A stretch of DNA of 64,000 bases, taken from assembly GCF_006345805.1 (NCBI RefSeq), contig NC_043007.1:3286001-3350000 (forward strand), read 5' to 3'. Made by a program: the position numbers and the translations under genes. Position 1 is the stretch's first letter. Every line of letters begins with the position of its first letter. Below are positions 52,055 through 64,000 of this stretch, piece after piece. This DNA is from Octopus sinensis. Taxonomy: Eukaryota. The notes beneath the pieces were generated by a model that ran no database searches, had not been told where the DNA came from, and saw nothing but the letters and a program-made list of their open reading frames with translations.

Positions 52055-52216
52055 ACATGTTTGTGAGCCTGTTTTTGTCCCCCCCCCCTGCCAACATCGC
52101 TTGACAACCGATGCTGGTGTGTTTACGTTCCTGTAACTTAACGGTTCGGCAAAAGAGACCGATAGAATAAGTACCAGGATTACAAAGAATAAGTCCTGGG
52201 GTCGATGGCCGCAGTC
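51885..52216 (+). mobile_element. Family B SINE with internal deletions
   Basis: Collinear blocks with other B copies. Confidence 0.9.
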
Positions 52217-52589
52217 TAAAAAGATTCCATGAAGAATTATTCTTACAAGCGAGAATTGTATGGTTTTCAATGTGTGTGTGTGCTCGCGATTGTGTGTTTG
52301 TGTGTGTGTGCTCGCGATTGTGTGTTTGTGTGTGTATGTCGTATATGTATACATGCTTTCACAGTTGTATAAATCATATAATTTAAGCTATTGGACGACC
52401 TACTACTCATTGTTTATTGACTGGAATCTTTCCTTCTACTTTTTATTTGCGCTGCTCGAATAAATAATACTGTTCTGAGATTTTTAGATTTTCGGAAAAC
52501 ATAAAACTTTGAAGTTACGACCGTACATCAAGACGTTACCACATTAGCACAGCCTGAAATACGTTTTTAAAATAGCAAAAAAATCCTAC

Positions 52590-52900
52590 CATGACTGCCT
52601 GGAAGCATCGAATTATACGTGTTGGCATCGAAACCCAGTACTTGGTGTTCATCCGTCTATTCTAACCTCGGTATTCCTGGAGATTTTTAAAGACATTTTA
52701 ATGCCTGTTAAGTCCATTACTCCCTTTTTATCGCCCTTACATCAATAATGTCTTTCGCAAAAGAGTGAACATTACGCTACACATTTTTATTTCCTCATTC
52801 CTCACAAATTTCGCCAAGTCAAAGGAAACCTGTACAGGCACCGAGTTCACACGTTGATCAACCTCTTTGCTATTTGCGAAATTCCTACCAGATAATAGCG
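52590..52900 (+). mobile_element. Possible decayed PLE reverse transcriptase fragment
   Basis: SVYSNL (SNL at 52661-52669) and PYINNVF (52735-52755), in different frames, lie about 23 codons apart like PLE RT ANL and RYIDD motifs. Confidence 0.35.
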
Positions 52901-53539
52901 GCCATCGTTCCTTTGATATGTGTCACTGTCCGTGTTTATGAGTGTGTATATGACTGTGTGTGTGTGTGTTTGTGTGTATGTGTGCACGCGCACAAGTGGT
53001 TACTTCGGTATACGGAGTTGCACGCACACACACAATGACACACACACAGGCACAGGGAAGTAAATACACACATAGAAACATGATACACACATGTATAATT
53101 TCTTTCGTCACCCTTCCATCGTTACCCCCACCCCTACACATTCCCACTCCACCTTCTCTATACATCCCATTCCACTCTCACCTTCACACCCCACTCCCAC
53201 ATACCCACACCTACCCCCACCTTCACAACTACCCCACCCTTGCTTCCCAACCCTCGCTTCCCCCCCCCAACCTTCCACCGCCACAGCACACAGCACACAC
53301 CACCCCGAACACACTAGCACTCACCACTTCCCAGCACCCACACCATCATCCACACACTACACATGGACACATGAACACGTGAAGGCTACCAGCCCCTGTC
53401 AACGCGCATATGCATGCTCTCACATACACATGCACGCGGAACCTTCATTTTGGAATAACCGCCACTATTTTTTTATCTCTCCTTCTTCCTAGCTCTCCTG
53501 TCTGACCACCTCTGTCCGGCATTTGCCATGATTGCTCGC

Positions 53540-53700
53540 TAGCCACTAAACCTTTTTGTATTTTCTCTCTCTGCTTATTTCTGTGTTCCTTTTTGCTGAA
53601 GAGCGTAGGCTCGAAACGTAAAAGACTTTTGTTTATTGTTTACACACCCATCTTCGTCTTTTGTTTTTTTTTGTTTTGTTTTTTTGTAAATTCCAACTAT
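53540..53700 (+). mobile_element. Family F repeat with hammerhead variant at 53589-53624
   Basis: cttt TTGCTGA A GAGC gtag GCTC GAAAC GTA aaag. Confidence 0.82.
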
Positions 53701-53919
53701 ATATATATATATATGTGTGTATGTGTGAGTGTGTGTGTGTGTGTGTGGTGTGTGTGTGTATAAAAATATATATAAAAATACAAAATGGGACAAGAACGCA
53801 AAACATTCAAATAGACGATACAAAAAAACGGACGGATCATTCGAAGCCTCTAATCTTCAGTCAAGAACCGGATCATCCTCGCAATTTCGGCTGATTAATC
53901 TTGAGATTGCTCCGATCTG

Positions 53920-53960
<41 letters not shown>

Positions 53961-54118
53961 TATACACCAAAGGTAAGCAGAATTAGATGTTGCAGCAACC
54001 GACTAAGGGATAATAGTATCCGTGTTACCCCTGGGCTATCCCTGGATATGGGTATGCAGGCACACTATGCTCACAGGGTACAGGTAACAACAGAATAAAC
54101 AAAAGTTTATCAGGAATC

Positions 54119-54230
54119 AAATTTCAATAATCAGAAAATGGAGAAAACTTTTGATCAACAAGCAATCGATTTGGTTCAATTTGTTTGATTGTTAATCAAA
54201 AGTCTTCTCATCTTCTGATTATTGAGATTT
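54119..54230. repeat. Imperfect inverted repeat, arms about 43 bp
   Basis: aaatttcaataatcagaaaatggagaaaacttttgatcaacaa vs reverse complement aaatctcaataatcagaagatgagaagacttttgattaacaa. Confidence 0.85.
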
Positions 54231-54241
54231 ATATATATCTC

Positions 54242-54380
<139 letters not shown>

Positions 54381-54899
54381 TGTATCTCTTGTTAAGGTTA
54401 TCTCTTCGGATTTTATTTAGATATTATCTATAACAGATATCATAACCAGTATTGATTTCGTCACATCTCATATCCGATCCGCCTGAATTAAGCAACAATG
54501 CGATCGAAGATATAAAATTGGGCAATGGGCTTACAGGGCACATTTCGGGAGTATCAACACCCATCCAACCCATTGATCATCCACGAACTCATTGCTTAAA
54601 TAACCACTGAATATAGCAGTGTAAGATTATTGGTTATACCAATTTTATACATTAAACACTTTCTTGGAAGCTGGCATATAAATATTAAAGACCTGTAAGG
54701 ACACGGTATTTCGTAATGCAACCATGATATACTACAAAAGTACGTTAAACGTTTTTATAAGCCAATGCCGTGTTCTACTGTGTTAGCAGTGCTATTAGAC
54801 CCAACACTGTTAGGACGATTCGTATCCGAGACGATTGATGGAAACAACATGAAGAGCTACACAGCACCTCAACAGGATATATGTTAGTTTCCTTATCAT

Positions 54900-55078
54900 T
54901 ATTCGTTTCTACTCTAAGCACAAGGCCCGATATTTTGGTGGATAGGGCCAGTCGATTAGATCGACCCCCAGTACGAAACTAGTACTTAATTTATCGATCC
55001 CGAAAGGATGAAAGACAAAGTCGACCTCGGCGGAATTTGAACTCAAAACGTAGCGGCAGACGACATATCGCTAAGCAT
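54900..55078 (-). mobile_element. Family A SINE, second tail subtype, 5'-truncated
   Basis: cgaaaggatgaaagacaaagtcgacctcggcggaatttgaactc. Confidence 0.9.
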
Positions 55079-55969
55079 AGGTAAAATTGTTCAAATTTAC
55101 CCAAGCCTTAAATGTTTCCAGATTTTTTTTTGTATATGTTTAATTATGTTGTCCACGGAAAGCATACTGATGACACACGTTCTGTTGAGGCAGAAACATG
55201 TGTCCTTAGCTGTGATATAATCTGCAGACAATCCGACTCTTTTCGATTCAGTAGCATCAGTCATTTTCTAAGAATTGGTGATTCTTGCTTCAACGTAGTT
55301 GTTTATTTTTCTCTCGCGTGGAAAGATACTGCTCATATATCAAGAATTTATCTTTCGTTATATTTCATGCAGTTTTATTCGCCGTCAGCGCTCATATTCA
55401 TCACACACAGACACAGATACATGCACAGACGCACACGTGCGTATATATATATATATATATATAAAATAGTAAAAAGTGAAAAAACTACAGAAGGATTGTT
55501 TTAGAAGGTTAAAAAATATATATTTGAGTTACTATGTCTGAAGAATGTTATAAATTTTTTTCATACAATGACATAATTTTTGAAGAAAGACCGGTTTCGC
55601 GTTCAGCTTTTCGAATTTCTTACATCGTTATGTTTACGTTGAGAGGTGTGAAGATGAGTGAAAGAGAGTTCCAGATAAGGGGAGGTAATAAGTGATTTCT
55701 TCCGGTGTAAGGGAGATAATCGCTTAATATTTCTTGCCTTTCTTTTGGAGTGAGTTTCTCTGTATAAGAATGTTGGAATGGTTAAGTTTGGGCTTGTATT
55801 TTTCAATGAAGAATGTTTCCTTGTTTAATCTAATTTGTGTTGGTGTTCCGATAGTAGTTTATTTTCACTTTTTACTATTTTCTATATATTCAACCACGTG
55901 CTTTCACACACCAACCTTTTCACCTATATATATATTATATATATATATTATATATATATATATATAAAA

Positions 55970-56116
55970 CCCTGTTTATTTCTGCGTTCCTTTCTGTCGA
56001 AGAGCTTAGGCTCGAAACGTAAATGACATCCTCACTTCCTGAGCGTTCAACTAATACATCTGTTTGTTTACACACCCGTCTTCGTCTTTTGGTTTTCTTT
56101 TTTTTTTTGCAAATTC

Positions 56117-56120
<4 letters not shown>
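55970..56120 (+). mobile_element. Family F repeat with hammerhead variant at 55990-56024
   Basis: cttt CTGTCGA A GAGC ttag GCTC GAAAC GTA aat. Confidence 0.82.
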
Positions 56121-56192
<72 letters not shown>

Positions 56193-56202
56193 CATACGTA
56201 AA

Positions 56203-56508
56203 GGAGCACTCCATCGGTTGCAACGACGAGGGTCCCAGCTGATACGATCAACGGAACAGCTTGCTTGTGAAATTAACGTGCAAGTGGTTGAGCACTCCAC
56301 AGACACGTGTACCCTTAATGTAGTTCTCAGGGAGATTCAGACACAGAGTGTGACAAGGCTGACCCTTTAAAACAGGTACTGCTCATCTTTGCCAGCTGAA
56401 TGGACTGGAGCAACATGGAATAAAATGTCTTGCTCAAAGATACAACGCATCGCCGGGAATTGAACTCACAACCTTACAATCGTGATTCGAATGCGCTAAC
56501 CACTTTCC
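56203..56508 (-). mobile_element. Family G SINE: different head joined to the same tail as 24433-24820
   Basis: Tail 56203-56370 nearly identical to 24440-24620; head agtggttagcgcattcg...gagttcaattccc then ttgagcaagacattttattcc. Confidence 0.9.
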
Positions 56509-57189
56509 ATATATATACATACATATACATACTTACATACATACAAACATACAAACATAATATTCAGAGATAATGGGAACACACATACGTACATTATATA
56601 CAGCCATTTATATGGACAGCAAAGTTCCCAGAGTATCAGATTTCAGTAGAAGCACTTGCATGCAATTTTATGAAATGCAAACTTTGGTGATAGTGTTCAC
56701 ACCGTTGCTCTATTATCGCATAGATCAGCACCTTAACATTTGTTTTTATATCTTCAGAATTTAATGACGTACATTCAGAGTGAGGAGAGATTTATTATCT
56801 CAGTCGCACAGGTCATTTGCATATTTATGGCAATATATTCGCCCGACATCAGAAAGGATTGTAAACTATAATATTTCACCGGATACTTTTCAAAATACGG
56901 CATTGTTGTGTTCAAACAGTTGTTTTCCTTGAAGATAGGTCTTATCAAATTCTTATTTATTTATTGGAAACTTGCAGGTAAAAAAAGAGACACTTTTTGA
57001 CACATGTCACTGCGGCGCACAAACATAGACAAACATATATACGCACACATTAATCTACTAGTTAGTTTTGTTGTTCTCGGATTCGTTTTGATGTATATAC
57101 ACACACACACTCATACACACAGACACTCATACACACAGACACATACACACACATATATACAGACAGACACAAGCACGTACATGCACACA

Positions 57190-57456
<267 letters not shown>

Positions 57457-58728
57457 TAAGACGCAGTTTGCCAATCTAAAACATAAACGTGAGTCTTGTA
57501 TTGAGAACACGGCTGACTCGATACATTGATCAATAAACTTATTAATCATTTGCATCAAATACAGTTCCTCCTTCAATATCGAGATTAAACAGAAGATTCC
57601 GATATGATGGCAGGAACGACACAACTCTATTTCGAAAGCAACAAAAGCTGGTTTTTCTGCAATAATCAAAACTATGAAAAAAGACTGCGATTTCAGTCAC
57701 GAAAAACGTAAACGATCGTATGATATTAAGATGAACGTATATAATATTATATATAGATGTAAACATACACAAATATGGTAACTTCCATAGGTCTAGCCTT
57801 CTTCTAACGTCGACGCCACATACACAGTTATAAGTTTATAATCTACTTTAGTCGTTACTAAAATTGTGTGCATGCTGATAACGATATGAAACCATATCCC
57901 TATGTGTATCGCTAAAGTAATCAGAAAGTAAAGCTAGTGTTTTTTACCATTACCAATTCCAGTATACACTCCCATTTTTTACAGTTTTTTTTTTTTAGCT
58001 AGACCGATTTTTGCACTCTCTCCTGCGACAGTTTGTATTCAACTAAGAAGTTGTCATGGAACATGAAGAGAAAATAAATAGTGACATTTGATAATATTAC
58101 GTAATGTACATCCAATGTACTTGAGAAACAGTTCTCAACGACATCTTGCATCGAAAAATACGTTCTGGAGCTCCTCTGTTTGATTAAATGGTTCTACATG
58201 GAGCCCAGCATGGCCACAGTCCAATTACTGAAGGAGATAGAAAATAAACCATAGAAGTTACTATAGAAAAGTAAATTGCTGTTATATAACAGGTTTTCTC
58301 ATTCCGTGAGTTGAGAGAAAAATCTATTCCAACTCTTGTTATCAAGTGGTCTGTGTTTAATAATTGAACACGTGAATATGTAAAGCATTTTCTAAAAGCT
58401 CTTCGGCATGAAATCAAATCTAGTTGGTTAATCATATTTCGATGTGTTTACGAATATTTTCGCCGACGTATGGTCGCGCTGCTTCTCAATTTCTTCTGTA
58501 AGAATAACTGGTCAAGTGAAACGGCAAGCAAAACATTACGGTTCTACAAGTATTATATTTAAGTGCTTTTTCTTCGTTTTTCAGCACAACCTTTTACCAA
58601 TGCCCATGCACACACACACGTATGCTTCCATATGTATGTGAATATGTGTGTGTATGTGTGTGTATGTTTGTATTATATTATATCGTGTTATACTATATTA
58701 TGCTATGTATTTTCTCGCTTTCTCTCTG

Positions 58729-58779
<51 letters not shown>

Positions 58780-60410
58780 TGATATATACTGTATTATGTT
58801 TTGAATCTCTCCGAATTCGTAATTGTATTTCTGTGAGAAAATGAAACCAGAATCACTTAATGTCTTCACCAATGTTATCTGATGGTTTATCATTAAAACG
58901 TGACTGTTCTGAGATTGCTTTATCGAATTTTATTTACATCTATTTAGAACAATGGGTCTGGCTATTGATCAAGGTTTTCACAAAATTCCACATAATATTA
59001 TATTGAATCTAATTCTGTAATTCCTTCGAAAGAAAACTACAGTCGATGGAGAATCTTTAATTAGAAATATTTCCTTTTGATAGGATAACATATTAATTAT
59101 CACAACAACTGATTAATGATGATGCAGTGGCATTTTACCTTTTTGTTGAATTTTTCAATAAAAATCAAAACTCAATTTCTGTCGTTTAACCCTAGGTCAA
59201 TCCTGTTCTATCAAGGTCGTCCTGCTATGAATATGCAGTCTTTTTAAGAGTATGAAGAACTATATGTAAGTCTTAATACTTTAATCATTGTGTCGATTTC
59301 TTCTTTATGATAGTATGGTGACATTTGTATGAGATCCGGTTGCTATTTTATTTCTAACAGACCGCTATACTATATTGGGAATGTACGGCTCTTGTAACAC
59401 AGTTATAGTTCTCTTCAGCGCCTTATAAAACCCTAATCCAGTACACCTATGATCAAACGCTCTCACGCCATTATCATACCGCTTCGTAAGACACATATAG
59501 TATTTCGAGTACGAGATTATCTACCGTGGCTCTTCCTTATTCAAGAAGTGGGGAATTGACTATTATTTCCAAACAGATAGAACGACCGAGTAAAGATCCT
59601 CTTGTTGTTTCCGGACCAGTTTTTATACTTTCATGAAGCCATTTATCTATAATAAAACTTGGCGAAAAACCAAGCCAATCGATTTCTTCACTGAGTTAAA
59701 AAATCAGCTTTTTGTTAATACGATTTTGTCCGGAACAATGCTTGAGGCCATTCTGCGCAAGGTATTCTAAAGAAGGAAAAGAAACAGCCTACAAATTGAA
59801 AATATATCGATTGATAGAAAGTTTATAGAACCGAATATTACAGACCAGTAGAGAAATGGTTAATAGGAGCGAGTTTCAGAGAAGCAACAGTCCGAATTAA
59901 GAAGCTGTTCGACTAAAAGGACTCATAACTAACAACAAGGTCGACAGGGAAACGATGCGCCTCACCACTTCACTACGGAATGTCTTTGAGCAAATCGTAA
60001 TTCTATTATTTGCTCTCTCGCGTTGCACTTTTAATTTTTTACTTGTTTTGTCCACACAAAAGCACCGTCCAGTAGGATTGATTACACAAATCAATTAATT
60101 ATTTTGAAAATGGTACATTCTTTGTCCCTCTTGTATAACCACAGATTACGGTGACATAATCAGACCAACACCGGTTGTTAAACGCTACTGGACAAACTCA
60201 GACAGAGATATACATGTATACATACATATATACGCATACATACATGCATACACACACACACGAACGCACACACACTCATTTTCGCACACACACTTACATT
60301 CACACACTCACGTGCGTACACACACAAATGCACACACAATCTTCGACACACACACATACAATCTTGCACGCACACACACACAATCTTGCACACACATACA
60401 CACACAATCT

Positions 60411-60641
60411 TATTTCTTTACTACTCACAAGGGGCTAAACACGGAGGGGACAAACAAGGACAGACAAAGGGACAAAGTCGTTTACATCGACCCCAGTGCG
60501 TAACTGGTACTTAATTTATCGACCCCGAGAGGATGAAAGGCAAAGTCGACCTCGGCGGAATATGAACTCAGAACGTAGCGGCAGACGAAATACCGTTCAG
60601 TATTTCTCCCGACATGCTAGCGTTTCTACCAGCTCGCCGCC
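60411..60641 (-). mobile_element. Full-length family A SINE monomer
   Basis: Collinear with 35625-35853. Confidence 0.95.
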
Positions 60642-62232
60642 TTGATACACACACACACACACACACTCACCAAATCCGTTGGGGTTCTTAACCATACGGC
60701 CATGCCAGAGTCTAGGCAAAGTTGACGTTGGCAAGATTTGAATTCACAAGTTCAAGGGCCGTAACTTAACACCGCAAAATGTTTTGTCCGACACTGTTAA
60801 CAATTTTGCAAGCCATCTCCTGTATTGTAGGTTATTTCACACTAATACACGAATTCGATCTTTATTTCAAGCAGTAAGTAACTGATCGACCACGCTTCCG
60901 TGAGACAACACTTAAGTGAAGCGAATGTAACTAAGTTAATAAGTTGCGTCATTCAATTTTAACCTTGGCAACACTTCCAAAGCCATTTTATTGTCTTGCG
61001 GACTATAAAATTCGTAAATTAGCAGATTCAGTTATGTAATAGACTGAAAGTAAACTTGTATATATGATTACTTGTATTCTTGGTTCTGTTAGAAATATTA
61101 AATTGTATATATTTGTACAGAAGTGAGAGTAGTTGAACGCAACTTCAAATATAGAATTATCGCTTCTATAAAGGATTTCGAAGTCTAAAACAGATTCCTT
61201 ACTAAGAGTTTATGTGAAGGGAATTGGACGTCTTCGTTATAGGCCCAAGTTAATCAGATTAAATCGAATGTGTTTTATCTCTGAGCAGATTTACAAAAAT
61301 ATCTTACATTTATATAAAAACAAACAGTGTAATTCCTTGTAATCTATACATAAGTTACATTCCGAATTCCTAGGCAGCAAAAGAAATCGGAGAAAGGACA
61401 AATTCTTCGAACTGTTTATATCTTTCTTTTTTCCCCAGATACGAAACATAACTAGTTTTCTCGGATTCACTGTCTTACTAGAAATTCCATGATCATATCC
61501 CAAATGTAAACATTTTAGCGAAGATGGATGACTATGATCTCCATTTCAAATCGATCGGCCGTATTTCACTTTCTCTCAAGGTCATTTCAATTTTACCATA
61601 GAGGCGCAAAGTGTTTCTGTTCTTTATTTTTATTACGTTTCTTCCGAATGTATCGATTTCAACGGTTATGGCATAGCCTCATAATTATCCGTCACATTTC
61701 ACCTTTAAATATCTTTCTTTCTTATATACAATTTTTTTTTTAAATTGCCTAATCGCTTTCTATTAAGTCTCTTGCATAGATCATGTGTGTTATGAAGAAA
61801 CAAAATTACGTTAAAATAGAGGAAAGTGATGAAATGTTACACAATATATTAAGAAAGTCTACATTTGTTTTCAGACAAATATTAAAAGACAACGTTTAAA
61901 CATAACTGAATTTTAAAAACTAATCAATTTTCATTGTGTACAGCGAGATATGAGACTATTGTTTGCATATTTATTGTTAATACGTTCCGACAGATCCAAA
62001 TATAAATTTGTTATTCGCAGCCGAGAGACATCTTTCGTCCGACACAAAGTCGTTCTTTACATTCTGTACAGGAAGATCTGAAACGATGATCTGCAAATTC
62101 ATTCTTAAGACATTCCGGCAGATTGGAACGCGAAAATGCTAGTCGCTGTTTTGTACGTCACAGGAGAACCTCCTCTCCCTTTTATAGCATCGATCTCTTC
62201 ATAATACACTCAGCTCATTGGCGAAGAGATTC

Positions 62233-62272
62233 TGAGACACCGATGTTTCGGAATGTTGTGTCTCGTCAGTCA
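62233..62272 (-). ncRNA. Orphan hammerhead-like motif with fully canonical core
   Basis: tga CTGACGA G acacaacattc C GAAAC atcggt GTC tca; near-palindromic helix III; stem II only one clear pair. Confidence 0.55.
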
Positions 62273-62761
62273 TAATTACTCGGATCTTTGAGCCTACACA
62301 AGCCTCTAGCTTTTTCATCGTTTCAGAGAAAAATGTTACCTGATTAGTGCTGTTATCTTTCAAGTGATAAAGAAGTAATTTATAATTGTAATAATATCTG
62401 GTACAAAAGCTGCAGTTGTTGACTCACAGAATCGCATTTAATATATTAAGCCTTGTGCACTTTGAATGCGGCGGAGGTATGGATTATCTTTCTTGGTCGA
62501 GACAGTTCGCATCCAACTATTATTCGAATAATTCTTTCGTGTCACTCAGCGCTACGGTTTAGTAAACTGGGATCTGAGTGTATTTTGGAAATATTTTTCT
62601 ATTTCCTACTTTTCAAATAGCACCACAAAAGTCATCATAAATGCTCAGCTTTTCTTCCAGTGAAATTAGCGTAGAACTATGAATTTAATGTTCCTCTACT
62701 GGAGGGGCACTGCTTTATACACGGTTATACACACCAACTGTTTCCGCTTTTGTGCGCGCGC

Positions 62762-62812
<51 letters not shown>

Positions 62813-62829
62813 TTCATTTTATTCCAGAT

Positions 62830-63600
62830 CCACTTGACGATTTGATGCACTGTTCATCCTTCAACACCCCTCCATCATCACTGGGAGTTGTAACTACTGA
62901 GAGATTCGGCCCTGAGCATCCGGGCCATCGACGGCTGGGATTGAGCAGAAGGCAAGTTTTTCGGTTATCATCGGAGCTGCGCCCAGCAGTGATCTTGTCC
63001 CGGTGAAATGTCTATTCGCATAACTCTGAATTTGTGTCCCCTGGTAGCAGTATTTTTCTGAATTACCTTTATTCAGTTTCACACTCCCTTAACACAGTTT
63101 GAGATCTCAGTCCTTCATCTATACTACTCCTTCATCACAAGCAGCTGCATCACTAGGACATTCAGTCCTAGGTTTCTACGTCATCGCTTTCTGGGAGAGA
63201 GGACAAAAGATTTTAGGCGATTTTTAAAGTTGCGACTGGACGTGTTTTCAAGGCACCAGTTTCCTGTTGTTTTGCTGTCGTAGATGTTCTAGTTTTCTCT
63301 ATTTCTCTGCTCTTCAGATTACAAAGCACACATATGGCCGTTGCTGCCACACCTGTAGCAGCTAAGCTTCAACCGCGCATCACAAATCTCATAGATTTCC
63401 TTCGGATATCACCAGCATAGCTCTGCAGTATTCAGGTGTCATTAGAACCTGCATAATCATTCAAACGCCATTCGCTCACACACCGTTCCTCGTTGCCACG
63501 GCAGCCAGCAACAGCCATTACTATGTCAAAAGAGTGGCAATAAACAAATAATAAACATCAATGATAGAATCGTTCACCATAAACCGAGCATCGCTTTGTC
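62830..63600 (-). mobile_element. Decayed LINE ORF1/gag-like region with zinc knuckle
   Basis: IYEICDARLKLSCYRCGSNGHMCAL* (63322-63360 encodes CX2CX4HX4, last Cys replaced by stop); GC-richer than flanks; many stops. Confidence 0.55.
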
Positions 63601-63881
63601 CCATAATTTGTAGCACCACTCGACGGACACGCAAATGAAGTAACGGCCTAGATGTATATTTTTGACAATGTGGGTTAATACAAAAGACATACTAAATTCA
63701 GTCTTTCTATCTTTCCGTTCCTTTGTTTCACATACGTATTATAATTAGCTTCAGCTAATTTCAAAGTAGTTGTGGAGCTTGTTACAGTCAATAAAAGGCT
63801 CGATTTGTCCAAGTGAATCATGTGTTTGTGTATTTATGTATCTATGCGTATATGTATGCATATATTAATATATATGTATAT

Positions 63882-63914
<33 letters not shown>

Positions 63915-64000
63915 CATAGATATATGTATGTATGTATATATATATATATATATATATGTGTATGTATAAATATATATATATATAAGTATAAATAAATAAA

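Noticed and set aside
61510-61600. Small exon-like segment (ttttag...ctcaag|gt; KMDDYDLHFKSIGR)
   Set aside because: Weak donor, no recognisable domain and no supporting exons

Overview
AT-rich eukaryotic DNA with no recognisable host gene. Nearly every ORF in the supplied track is translated microsatellite or decayed transposon. The repeat content (tRNA-derived SINEs, very long di/tri/tetranucleotide tracts) resembles a coleoid cephalopod, probably Octopus; that is an inference and unverified. Identified by eye: at least five SINE-like families (my labels A, B, D, E, G), several with clear target-site duplications (TSDs); fossils of three mariner transposases, two R4/Dong-type RLE retrotransposons, a CR1/L2-group LINE, a probable piggyBac, a LINE ORF1 zinc knuckle and two Helitron-like elements. 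The main hidden signal is about 20 intact, variant or decayed type I hammerhead ribozyme motifs in several unrelated sequence classes, most with the short or palindromic helix III known from Penelope-like elements (PLEs), and often inside fold-back inverted repeats. The best candidate for an undescribed system is family E: a tRNA-derived head (Pol III A/B boxes), an (AAT)n linker and a hammerhead-bearing PLE-type tail. At all three loci it carries an inverted copy of its own tail immediately upstream, suggesting a PLE-mobilised, ribozyme-carrying SINE. All coordinates and alignments were done by eye and may be off by a few bases.
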